Source: Carpediemonas membranifera BICM
Taxonomy: Eukaryota > Protista > Fornicata
DNA: 64,000 nt
Direction of reading: 5' to 3'
Assembly: GCA_019828565.1 (NCBI GenBank)
Contig: JAHDYR010000028.1
Coordinates: 124,001-188,000, forward strand
A model generated the notes under the pieces. It did no database searches and was not told where the DNA came from. It saw only the letters and a program-made list of their open reading frames with translations. Positions 52,192-63,263 of this stretch are shown here, piece by piece. Position 1 is the first letter of the stretch. Each line of letters begins with the position of its first letter. A program made the translations under genes and the position numbers.

Positions 52192-53444
52192 ATGGTCTTT
52201 AAGCTCTCCGCTGCCGATTTGACGCAACTACACAAGACTAACTACAGTAATACGTACATTGCCGACATTAGCGGGGTCAAAACTGTCGTCAAGGTCGATA
52301 ACTGTATGACACTTCGCCTGACACACGAAAAGACGATACTTCAGGCAATGAAAAGCCCATTTATTGTTACAATCGTCGATGTGGGCTTTGTTGACAGCGA
52401 TCAAGCGTTTGCCACTCGCTTTGTTGACCATATGTCGTGGCGAGACGTTCTGGCACTACCAGTACCGGATCAATGTCGCTACTTGCGGCACTTACTGTTA
52501 GCTCTCAGCCATGTGCATGAGAATGGATTCATCCACGGCGACATCAAGCCCGACAACTACCTTTTCAACCGAGAAGACGGTGGATTACTCATTGACTTCG
52601 GCTCTGCCATCAAAATAGAGGCTCCTACTGGGATTAACAGGTATATGGGACAAGACATGAGAGGGACACCTGGTTTTATCCCCCCGAGCTTCGTGCCGAC
52701 GAACTCAGTCGGAAATCGAAGCATTGTACAGTAGCTATGCGGGAACCACAGAATTTGAACCCCTTCCAGGCTTCCAGGAACACCACAACCAGAAACACCA
52801 ACATGCACACAGTTGATGCGGCATACGACATCTTTTCCTGCGGCGTTATCGTCCTCATGATGGCATTGCGACTGGATAAGTCTCCATTTCGATCTGTGAG
52901 AGTGGATGGTGGCAAGCCAAGTAACCCAGACGAGCATATTGGCGCTCTATATAACATGGCGTACTTCTACGGCCGCGAAATCACGATACACAGCAAGAAG
53001 AAGAATGCAGCCCGTGGTTTGATGATCAATCCGACTCTCTGCACGAGAGGAAGCCCTCCGACACAGTATAGGAGCCTTTATGACCTTGCAATGGGGATGC
53101 TCAGCTATAATCCGGAGGATAGACCAACAGCTTTGATGTGCGCTGAACATCTCAACGATATCGCCGCCCTAGCAGCAACGTTCGCATCAACACCACTGAT
53201 GATCAACGACCAGGTGACAATCTCTCAGGAAACGCTCGCTGCCGCCAAACTCACCGTTGAAGCACTTCGAGAAACCCGATTTGCTGGCCGATGCATTGCA
53301 TGTGGCATGCCGGTTCACGATAATCGAACAATAACTTGCAAGACACACCACCAAGATTACAGAAGCATCATGAACCCCCACACAAAGAGAAGAGGACGAG
53401 TTTGGAGGGTTCATCGTGATCTATCATTGATTATTGATATGTAA
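52192..53444 (+). CDS. CDC7-like Ser/Thr kinase with C-terminal Cys/His motif; split by a frameshift in a C run (~52680-52685)
   Basis: YLRHLLLALSHVHENGFIHGDIKPDNYLFN, DFG, RGTPGFIPP(E after +1 C), DIFSCGVI, RPTA. Confidence 0.8.
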
Positions 53445-53892
53445 CCGCCCAGTATCGAATCACCTCACTACCATGGGATGATCGCATTCACCTTCAAAGA
53501 AAGAGATGAGGCCGCATACTCGACCAGATATAAAGGAGATATGCTGCAGCCTTGAAAAGAAAGAAAGAAAGAAAGAAATTTATGGTGCTTGGATTCTGAC
53601 CCCCGGACTGAGCTTGTTTCCCGTGCTGCAGCCTTGCGCTGGCTTTATAGACAATACCCAGTTGTTTACACTAAAACCGAAAAATCAGTCCAGTAGACGC
53701 TCGAATCGAACTGGAGTGGGGTGGCTGTGATACAGTGTTCGTTCCTGTAGTACCCAGGCAGAAGACCCGACCGGACGATATGGCCTGGAACTCTACCGGC
53801 AAAAAGCAGCTGGCGGCCGCTGAGGAATATGTGGAAGGCGCTTCCAGAATGATCTTTACACTACTTTCTTTGCTTCTATCTTGTACTTACTG

Positions 53893-55572
53893 TTAATCAC
53901 TCTCATCATCTTTTTGTCTACTTGTGGATGACGGAGCGCCTTCCTGTATTTGCGCTTTTCTTTTGATACCCTCTGGGAGACTGACAAGTTCCGCATGGTC
54001 GTCCTGGAGCAGAATAAAGTGGGTAATGCCATGTCTGGAACAGAACACCTGGAAATTCTCACAACGATCAGCAGCTGAGTCGCCAGAAGGGTACAAACCC
54101 CAAAACTGGTGACCATGTGTGAACAATATCACTGTAGAATTATTACCGTTGTTGCACACCATGATGACATTACGCATGTAGATCATGGAAAACTCTCGCA
54201 CAGCATCATCGGTAAGCCAGCCCATCTTGGAAAACAGTTCTGCCTTAGCGGAATCCTCCGTCAGAGCCGTCCGCTTCACCCGGCTTTCCACCAGCTCGGC
54301 ACGCAAAGCCATGGCTGCCTCAAGATCTGTTCTGTGGGTCAGGGTGGTCATATCCCGGAAATGGCCGTCCCTAATCATGCAACAGCAGTGCGCAACACAG
54401 CTGCCATCACGGTGTGTCGAGTATTTCCTCCATGACTTCAACCCATTCACAATTTCCTCAACGAAGGACTGTGGCTGACCGCTGGTGCCGATTGGAATCT
54501 CTTTCTTCTCAATCATATTGTTGATGTGAGACTCAATGGCCACAGATGACTCGTGTTCAGACTTGATCAAGAGCAGAGAGCGAAAGTCGACGATCTTAGC
54601 AGTGGAATCGAAGTTCGGGTACGCAGGCCGGTAAACCTTGTTAAGCAAAGGATAACAACGCGGCGGGAGTCTTGCGTCTTCCTCCGATACGATCTTCGCT
54701 TTTGCACAACCGTCAGGTCTTGCGATAATGACTCTTCGCTTCATGTACGAGAGCTTGGACATCCAGAACCAGAATTGCGCGATCTCATGGAGGTGATCTG
54801 GCTGAGTCATGATTCTGATGAGCCACGTGGCGTCATGGGCGGCAAGTTCGACGGCGGGTAGCTCATCTGGTGTCAAAAGCACCACACACCGTTGCATTGT
54901 GAACTTGAACTTGCCAGAATACAACTGAAAGATCGGCCGTGGGTCACGGGCGGAAGACTGGCAGGCGGCAATATACACACCCATGATTCGGGCGAACTTG
55001 CAGACATGACTCTCATAATTCTTCAGAATTGCCTCGATGAAGTCGAAGGCAGTTGTCCAGATGGCTGGTATCGTGCGGGCATCGACCACAAACCGACCAT
55101 CAGAGTCCGAGTGACCAGTGATAATGAAAAAAGTCTCATAGTCACCATACAGCTTGCCGAATTCCTTGATTTTCGCCTCAAAATCGTCCTCGTTCTCGAA
55201 CTGGGCCGTCTCGATAACCGTATACTCGCTATGCATTGCCGCAAAGATCTGACGAATGCGTTCTGCGTGCCCTCCAATGGAGACAGATTCATCAATCGAA
55301 AACTGCCTGCTATCTCCAGCAACGAACCCATAGGTTGGCTCGAACACGATGAGGACACGTGTATTCTTCAGCGCCAGTGCAGTACGGGTGCACTTGTGAC
55401 GTCGGGATGGCGAGGGAAAACCGACGTTGCGTGTTTCGCTACTGATGTCCCCACAGACACATTCAAACAGCTTTGATCCATCCAGATATCGATTTCTCCA
55501 CCCCATTGCATTGAAAAATGTCTGATCGTCGTTCATGACGCCAATGCCAAATTGAGGGTGAGAAAATGGCAT
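53893..55572 (-). CDS. caspase/CHAT-fold protease-like domain fused to an OTU-like domain
   Basis: IITGHSD ... YIAACQS dyad; DGSC ... GWL...FSMIYMRNVIMV ... LLQDDHAELV. Confidence 0.6.
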   Translation of the reverse strand: MPFSHPQFGIGVMNDDQTFFNAMGWRNRYLDGSKLFECVCGDISSETRNVGFPSPSRRHKCTRTALALKNTRVLIVFEPTYGFVAGDSRQFSIDESVSIGGHAERIRQIFAAMHSEYTVIETAQFENEDDFEAKIKEFGKLYGDYETFFIITGHSDSDGRFVVDARTIPAIWTTAFDFIEAILKNYESHVCKFARIMGVYIAACQSSARDPRPIFQLYSGKFKFTMQRCVVLLTPDELPAVELAAHDATWLIRIMTQPDHLHEIAQFWFWMSKLSYMKRRVIIARPDGCAKAKIVSEEDARLPPRCYPLLNKVYRPAYPNFDSTAKIVDFRSLLLIKSEHESSVAIESHINNMIEKKEIPIGTSGQPQSFVEEIVNGLKSWRKYSTHRDGSCVAHCCCMIRDGHFRDMTTLTHRTDLEAAMALRAELVESRVKRTALTEDSAKAELFSKMGWLTDDAVREFSMIYMRNVIMVCNNGNNSTVILFTHGHQFWGLYPSGDSAADRCENFQVFCSRHGITHFILLQDDHAELVSLPEGIKRKAQIQEGAPSSTSRQKDDESD

Positions 55573-55633
55573 CGCACTTTAAAGCAGCTTTATGTGAGAA
55601 ATGTATTGCATATAATTCTGCATTCAGAAGACG

Positions 55634-56492
55634 ATGGCTAGAACAAAGCAAACGGCTCGCCGGCCTACGCAAGGTGGAAAGGCGCCTCGCAAGCAGTTAG
55701 CAGCGATAGCTGCGCGGAGAGCGAATACTTCGTCGTACCGCACCTACAAGCCGTTGTCTCAGGCCGCGTTGGAGAATTGCACGGCAGTCCTGCAAAAGGC
55801 TGATGCTGATATCCAAGAAACTATTCTGTCGTGCATCAAGAAGACGGAGGCGCACAACTTCAAGCAGATGGTCAAGAATTCAACACGAGCTGGTTTCCGA
55901 CTTGCATTCAACACTGAGTCCGAGTCTGTCCACATGAACCCATCGAGGAAGGACGAGGTGGCAGCGCGGGCAGAAGCTGCTTACCAATCAGCGCTGCATG
56001 CCTTCCGCAGCGTTGACCCTGAGACTGCTGCGACAGAAGATATGAAGACACTGCTTGACACCTTAGCGGTTGCTCTTGACGCAACGCCAGATGTGCCACA
56101 TGCTCGCCTGGATCCTGAAGAACAGCGTCGGTTCCTGAAGCTGAAGGATACGAAGAAATTCTCCAAGTACTGCCTTCCTCGCAGTGACGAGAAGTTTTTT
56201 CTCGACCAATCTTCGCGCTGCCTTGCGCGAACACCTGGCGAAGGTGTTTCCAAACCTCCCTTGGAACAAGATTGTCTCCTGCTTCTCCCCTGAAGCGATC
56301 AATGCTGATTTCTTTATCCTGTCCACGAGCAATGCCACCTACGACGAAGCTTGCCTGACAATGCCGTCTGATGAGAGAAAGAAGCTTCGCAACCATCTTT
56401 CCATGACTGAAGAACGGCAGATTGCTCGTCAAGAGATGGAGGTTGAGATTTACCAGTTTTTAAGAGAGCTCGGTATGTTCTCTACAGTGTAA
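55634..56492 (+). CDS. histone H3-tail protein / highly divergent H3 with C-terminal extension (probable frameshift at T6 ~56195-56200)
   Basis: [29 protein letters not shown]; weak H3-fold echoes (RTYKP..AL, FKQMVK, ALHAFR..EDMK). Confidence 0.75.
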
Positions 56493-56581
56493 AAGATGCA
56501 ATTGTTGACCATTGACTCGATCAGCGCGCCTCTAAACCCCACTATTCGAAGGCGTCTCTGCGGGCTGAAGAGACATAAAGG

Positions 56582-57340
56582 TTAAAACAGTTTAAGGAAC
56601 TCGTCCAACGTCTTCGCATTGTGCGTCATGGCCACCTTGTCCTTCTTCGTCAACCTCGATTTGGTACCCTTTCTCTTCACAGTCGTCTTCTTCTTCTTAG
56701 AAGGCTCCCAGCTCCCATTGGCGCATGCTTTTCTTAGCTTCTTCTGCTCTAATCTGTACTTCTCCTCCTCCGTCATGTCTGCTTCCTTTTTCTTTGCCTT
56801 CGCCTTCTTCTTCGACTTCATTACATCTAACTTCTTCGCCTTCTCTGCATCCTCCTGGACCACGCGAGAAATTGAGTGCTTCACGTCCTTCGGTACATCA
56901 CGATTCCTCGCATGCTTAACCACGACAAAGACATTATCGTCAGTGCCGCCACCTTCAAGGATGACCTTGTCCTTTGGGATCTTGCTGGTGGCAACCAAGA
57001 AGCAGATCGGCTTCTTATCCACCTTGAATAGGGCAAACCTGCAGTTGCCAGCAGCCGAATGATGGCAAAGCTTGTTGACGCATGCTTCATCAGGAGTCAT
57101 GAGGTGCAGCTGTGACGATAGCTGAATCCGAGAAGGCTGATCGCTAAGAACACCCTTGGCAATCCCGAGCACTTCTCCCTCATCAACATCGCCAGCCGTG
57201 ACCAAACCATACATCATGTCATCGCCCTTTGACACCATGCATGTGCTGCACTTCAGAGAAATGAGCGATTGGCCGTCAAGCTCGACAATTTGGTCATCAT
57301 CGAAAGGCAAGGCGTCTATCTTCATCGCGGCTTCGCCCAT
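56582..57340 (-). CDS. degenerate SET-domain protein with Lys-rich tail
   Basis: YGLVTAGDVDEGEVLGIAKG ... LCHHSAAGNCRF ... LVATSKIPKD; no terminal ELxxDY. Confidence 0.6.
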   Translation of the reverse strand: MGEAAMKIDALPFDDDQIVELDGQSLISLKCSTCMVSKGDDMMYGLVTAGDVDEGEVLGIAKGVLSDQPSRIQLSSQLHLMTPDEACVNKLCHHSAAGNCRFALFKVDKKPICFLVATSKIPKDKVILEGGGTDDNVFVVVKHARNRDVPKDVKHSISRVVQEDAEKAKKLDVMKSKKKAKAKKKEADMTEEEKYRLEQKKLRKACANGSWEPSKKKKTTVKRKGTKSRLTKKDKVAMTHNAKTLDEFLKLF

Positions 57341-57597
57341 GTCCGCCCAATTTGCATAGACACGACGCGCAAGCTCTTCCGGAAAGCAATCGCAGCAAAG
57401 TTGACAGTTCCACTTTCTTGCTGCATTCTACGCAGTTTATACCAGCAGTTTATACGCAGCAATGACACAGCACCAAGAGCGTGGCACACAACCCTTCAAT
57501 GACCCATGTAAGGTTGGGTGGGTCTTATGTCAGGCTGTTTCTTTTCAATCATTTCAATCATATCCTGCACAGACTTCGTTGATGAAGAAGTTCTGCT

Positions 57598-58155
57598 ATG
57601 ACGAAGCCGGCTTGTCGCGACGAGAACTGGGCCATAGAACTGAAATCGGCATCCGAATATCGCGGCACGCATGGGTATTTACCCCCAGAAATGTTCAAAG
57701 TGTGTTCGTGTTCGGTCATTCCGCCGTCAACGAGCGCCATACGAGACCTCCAAGCATACGCGCATGACTGCATCGGCTCTTCCCGCCTGTTCTTCATGTC
57801 GTCACACCTGCCTCCGACATTTACTCGTGCGGTGTAGTCATTGCTCTTTTACGGTCTCCCCAAGTCCCCCTTTGCCGCGAAGGTGACTGACATGGCGCAG
57901 ATCGACAACAAGAAGAAGAATAAGATGCTGAAGCTTGGTAGCTTGCTGAACTGGTGCCACTTCTATGGTGGGCAGTTGCAGTTGTCACGTAAGACACTCG
58001 AACCGCTCAGAGATTGTCTCAACTTCGTGAACGTGAACTCTGCACTACCGATTCGCGGCACAACGCCACCCACTTGCCTCGGAATGTACGACCTGGCAAT
58101 GCAGATGCTCCCACTTCGACCCAACGAAGCGTCCCACTGCTGCCGAATGTCTTGA
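57598..58155 (+). pseudogene. decayed paralog of the CDC7-like kinase C-lobe
   Basis: RGTHGYLPPE, DIYSCGV (other frame), KSPF, FYG, YDLAMQML align with 52192-53444. Confidence 0.75.
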
Positions 58156-59063
58156 CAAGCTCAAGGTCATCATGCGCGTGCATGAATGCGTCGCCAAGCC
58201 GAGTCCGCTTCTGTTAGATGACACTGAACAGGTCTTACTCTCTGTAGATCAGCGAAAGAGAATGGTCGACTGCTGCCAACTGGGGTCCTGGAGGAAAAGT
58301 TTAGAGATGCGATTCGAAAGGGTCGTAGCATTGAACTCGAAACCATGAGTCCTAAGAACACCGGCGCATGCCCAACACTCACCCCGGTGAAGTACTGGCC
58401 GTGGTTTGAACATATACCGACACATAACTGGGTAAATACGTAAAATGTTGTGCGAAAATTGCGTCTTGTTCTGCACAGAGCGATGACGAAACTAAAAACG
58501 GAACAAGAAGAGGCCTGAAGATTTAACTGCCCGGCGGTGCAGGTTCGTCAAGTGGCCGGAGATGCCGCTTCCAGTAAGGTGTATGCCGTACAGCTCGCCG
58601 TATCCATCTCCGTGCCCGTCTCCATCCCCACTCCGCCTTCAACGCCAGCCCCCGCCACGCCTGTTGTAAGTCCGCCTCCATCTCCTGTCCGCAGTTCACC
58701 ACCGAGTCTCGAAATCGAATCACCTCACTACCATGATTCCCCGCAATACCATGATGTATGTGATGACCATTAAACGATCTCCTTCTATACAATGACTTCT
58801 GAAGCCGTCCGACCAACGGCACAGAACGGTTTATAGCATGCATATGATCCATTCTGGTGCCTTTATCCTCTATAACCAACATCAGTCCATCAAAATGAAT
58901 CTTGCAACAGAATACTCATCCACACGCATCGAGAACGAAAAAGAAGCATATAACCAACATCAACAACCTAATAGAAGGCTGCATGCAAGCGTAGAGCTCT
59001 CCTAGTCGATTCTTCAATTTATCAAGCATCAATCTCCACGTCAGGATGAGAAACTGTGCGCCC

Positions 59064-59114
59064 AAAAGCTCAGAGATGCCGTTATAGATGATATAACGAC
59101 GTCTCTGAGCTTTT
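59064..59114. repeat. 51-bp hairpin
   Basis: AAAAGCTCAGAGATGCCGTTATA-GATGA-TATAACGACGTCTCTGAGCTTTT. Confidence 0.9.
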
Positions 59115-61821
59115 CAGCGATGTCAGTTTTCTGGCCACGTCAAGTTCGGCTCTGCGAAAATAACAGTGCATTGCACTATAAGTCATACATTTGGAATACA
59201 GCAATGCACTGTTATTTTCGCCAAAACCACGCTGACCTACCATTGTCCATGGGCTTGACGGGGGTGATCTTCTCGGCTTGGATTTGGCTGAAACTTGGTA
59301 TATGTGTAGTATTTGATATGTTAGGACGGATCCAAGATTTTTTACATATCGTTCGAGTCTATTTACCGAGATATACGTAAAGCAAAATTAGGGTTGAGTC
59401 TATTCTGGCTGAAAAGCGGTATGGTGGGTTCTCTGACTGTCTGAACACGGCTCCAGAAGTTTTACGTGATGAATTGGCATATTTATATTGCTTTGCGTAA
59501 ACAGAAAATTTTGACAGTACCTACAATCAACTACCTGCATATACATGCTATAAACATGCTTAAAAATGCCTTCAGTCATTACGTGCTATATACTAAAAGC
59601 TCTTCCTGCATCTTATTTCGAAAGAACAAAATATTCACTCTGAAAATAACACTGCATTTGCTGTGAAATTTTGGAAAAAGATGCTAGATATCACTATTCT
59701 ACGCAGCTGGATTCGTGAGCATCATGAGAAGACCGTTAGGATTTGCTTCTGCTGCACCTGGTCAAGAGCGTAAGGCTATTCGAGCAGATAAGAGTATGTT
59801 CGAGATGGTTCGCACTCCCGGACGAATAAGAGCCGCTTGGAGCACCTCAAGGAGCACAAAGTGATAACGAAGACAGCCCTGAGATGCGCGCTGGTCGATA
59901 ACATCGTCATTGACGAGATTCGTGATGTGTTGGTCTCGCTGGCCGAGTTTCACTAATGGATCTCATCAGCAAGGCTTCCCTTCCCGAGCTCATGGCCATT
60001 AGTGACGACCTTGCTGGCCCCGAGCTGTCTAAGGTTCCTGCAGGCTTGTTTATGGAGGATGATCAGGTTGAAATCGTGCGGAAGCAGTTTTTGACCACTA
60101 CACCGGATCAGCGATCACCTTTGAGGATAACCGCGAGGCTGTCATGCCGTCACATCGTGGCTCTATTCATCTAGAAGGAACAGGCCGTCTCTTTCTTCCA
60201 GATCAAGTCAACCTGATCCTTCGCGCTCTCTTCGTCGCCCCTGAGGCACTGTCGAGGAGCCCGCCGCGTGCATTCCCCCCTACGAGGACATTCTTTTCTG
60301 GTTTGCAAGAATGATCCGGGAAGCGATGTGACATCAGCCCAGCGAGCGGTTGCGTCGAGATGTTGCCAAGGCAGCCGCCGAAGCTATTCAGGCAAGGAAT
60401 GACCGCGAGGAAGCCATACACTCGCGAACTCGTTACTGCATCCCATGTCGCGCGAGATACAGGGCAGCTGCATATGTGACTTTACCACCCGCCAGCGACG
60501 CCGTGGAATTTTCCGACACTGACGAGGACGAGTCCGATGGCCACGCTGAACCGGCCGCCATGCAGGGTGACGGCGTTCCTTTGCCCCAGACTGATCAAGA
60601 CGTCGAAGTAGGAGTCCGATGTGGACGACACAGACACCGTTGGTCTCCAGACGGTTTACGATGTTGATGCAGAGAGGCCGATCATGACGTCCGCGAGAGC
60701 CAGTGTCCCTGCTTAATCACAGCTTAGCACAGCTAGACGACACCATTGCAGGCCTTGATGATGTACCCGAGTCTGTGCGCTTGTTGGAGCAGTGCAGGCC
60801 CTTGTGATAGAAAACGCAGCTTGCTGAGGAGAGGGAGGCGAGGAGGCGCTTGAACAGGCTAACAAGTTGAGGAGTCCCAGAAGAACTAGAAGCTGAGTTA
60901 GGTCAGCAGAAGGGCGAGGATCAGGCGATCCATCAGTTTACTCAAGCAGGATTGGCGCGCGCGAGTGAGGCTGGGCGCCGAAGCACTCGCCGATGAACTC
61001 GAAGACAACTGGGCGGAGCTTATCGAGGCGCGCCGAGGGAGGGCAACAATCCGAGCTTGACCGCTACGTTGCTCTCGCTGCCTGATGGAACTGTTCCAGA
61101 GGAGCTGAAATGTGGCTGGAGCACTTTGTGGACTCGGATCAATAGCACCATGATGAGGTGCAGGGGCCAGAAGTTCATAACGGTCCCACCCCTAGACCTC
61201 GGTCTTACGCCTGAGATGAAGGCTATCATCACTGCAGCACTCTCGAGAGAAGAAGACAAAAGCTCGTGTAACACAGGGAGAGAAGCTGGAGTTTCCCCTG
61301 GAAGGGCGTTCATGCTAGTGGAGCAGTTGAAGTAAATGGGCACGGCGACAGGGCGGAACAAGCAACCGCGAAATAGAGATATCAGGTCATCCCTGACATT
61401 GTATGGCGAGAACTGTTCTCAGTCTCCGCTTTGGGAGCTCTAAGATCAGTCTGAGATGAGTTACAGATGTCCACACGGTATTCGTCAAACTGAGCACTTC
61501 TCCAAATGAAATGTACTCGTGCTGCTTTAATGAGTCTTTGTTGTGAGTCATAAACATGAGCTTTCAATTGCCTTCATTTGCCTGTTTCTGCCATTATTGA
61601 TCTGCATATATTGATTCCGGCGACTATCTAAACAAAAGCGGCTTTGAATTTCTTCAACAATGCCATGATTCGCATGCGCATAATGTCCACGATGAAATGG
61701 CAGGCTTGACTCGCGATGCTGGCTCCCTCAGGCGTTTCTAGATGTTGTGGTTTCATTGGTTTCATTCTCAGTGACACCCTTTACGCCATAATTCATTTAC
61801 GTTATAAACATATCGAACGAA

Positions 61822-63051
61822 ATGAAGCAAGTGCCGAAAAAGAAGTCTCCTGGAACCTATCGCGCGTTCACTGGTCATGATCTTACTACAAATCTTTCAA
61901 AGATCACTTTTCGGGCCATGTTGACATGCTTCTTTGTCATTGTCGATGATATCGACGTAGACAGTGGCCTCTCACTGGGAATGCCCAAAGACTCCGTGTT
62001 ATCGGCCTATAACACTGTCGTGTCGAACTTGCTTGTCCCTGTGTACGGTGGTTTTGTTGCTTTGAAGAAGAAGAACTTCAACGAGAAGGGGTTGCTAGAC
62101 TGGGCGAGAGATTTGGGTTATAAGCTCGGTTACACCAAGACTAAGCCGATCATCTACCACCAGTTGACGCCGAAAGAGAAGCCTAGCGCCAAGGATCTGT
62201 CAGTTTTCATGAAGGAGATGGCGAATGTCCTCAGACTAGCCAACGCCCCTGATATGGACATCGAGAACCTGAAGAAGATGAAGTTCATCTTCCCGACAGG
62301 TCTACTTCTTGATGCCAGGCAAAGATATCACAAGCAAAGCGTGCAGACCAAAAGGCTGAGGGGAGATGAACCCAGCTTTCCTGCGTCTCCAATCAAATCT
62401 GAGTCACTGCTCAACGATAACAGCCTTCTTGGATCCATTAAGACTGAAAGAGATGCGAAGACTCCCGCTCGTGACTCTTCTCTGACAAATCCTTCGGTCC
62501 AACACCAAATGATCCAGGATCTTCACCAATACGTTGTTGGTGAACGAAAGTTCGATATGGCACATCAGCAAGAGCTGAAGCGTCCTACTGCTGATGACAG
62601 TGATGACAGTGATGTCAGCATTGCTGAGAAGACAGGTCCGCTGATTTCTTTCGATATGTTTATGCGTCAACTAGCATTTTGCTGCGGGCATTGCACTTCC
62701 CCGGATTGGTTGGGCAATCCGGAGAACGAAACTGACTTCGCCCAGTGCGGATCATGCAACCGCTACTACCATGGGAGGTGCGTGAGGTGGCTCAGCAATG
62801 GGAAGAAGGCCATTACCAATTTCACGTGTCCGGATTGTGCTGCTGCTTCTGAATGCACCCGCTGCAAGGCTAAGATCAAATCGTCAAAGGGAAGGGACTC
62901 TTTCTTCTGCAACATGTGCAAATCTTGGTATTGCAAGCCATGCGGTGTGGCCATGTGGGAGACCTCGATTGATGGAACCGTTGCCAGGTTCTTATTTTGC
63001 CAGGTCTGCAAGGAAAGCCTCCTGGCACTGAATCCGAGTCTGGCATTGTGA
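61822..63051 (+). CDS. PHD-finger protein with a second C-terminal zinc finger
   Basis: CGHC...AQCGSCNRYYHGRCV...FTCPDC (C4HC3), then CTRC...CNMC..YCKPC...CQVC. Confidence 0.82.
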   Translation: MKQVPKKKSPGTYRAFTGHDLTTNLSKITFRAMLTCFFVIVDDIDVDSGLSLGMPKDSVLSAYNTVVSNLLVPVYGGFVALKKKNFNEKGLLDWARDLGYKLGYTKTKPIIYHQLTPKEKPSAKDLSVFMKEMANVLRLANAPDMDIENLKKMKFIFPTGLLLDARQRYHKQSVQTKRLRGDEPSFPASPIKSESLLNDNSLLGSIKTERDAKTPARDSSLTNPSVQHQMIQDLHQYVVGERKFDMAHQQELKRPTADDSDDSDVSIAEKTGPLISFDMFMRQLAFCCGHCTSPDWLGNPENETDFAQCGSCNRYYHGRCVRWLSNGKKAITNFTCPDCAAASECTRCKAKIKSSKGRDSFFCNMCKSWYCKPCGVAMWETSIDGTVARFLFCQVCKESLLALNPSLAL

Positions 63052-63263
63052 GAGTAAAGGAAGGAAGAAGCGATCCAGCCTTTATGTAATTTAATCACTT
63101 GCGGCTTATCTACATACAGCGGCCGGCCGGGGTTAGCCACTCACTGGGGTCAACATCATCCCACGGCAGCAAATTCGCTGCAGTAGATTGACTGTCGTCC
63201 CCGCTGGGGAAGGTGGGGAAGGTGTGGAGACGTTTCTATTACGCGTTTATTGGGCAATGTGGG

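Noticed and set aside
53780-53830. MAWNSTGKKQLAAAE as a second H3-tail relic
   Set aside because: The match is too short and gapped to distinguish from chance.
59760-61340. Fragmented coiled-coil-like ORFs as a transposase for the island
   Set aside because: They contain multiple stops and no recognisable DDE or tyrosine-recombinase motif, so they cannot be assigned.
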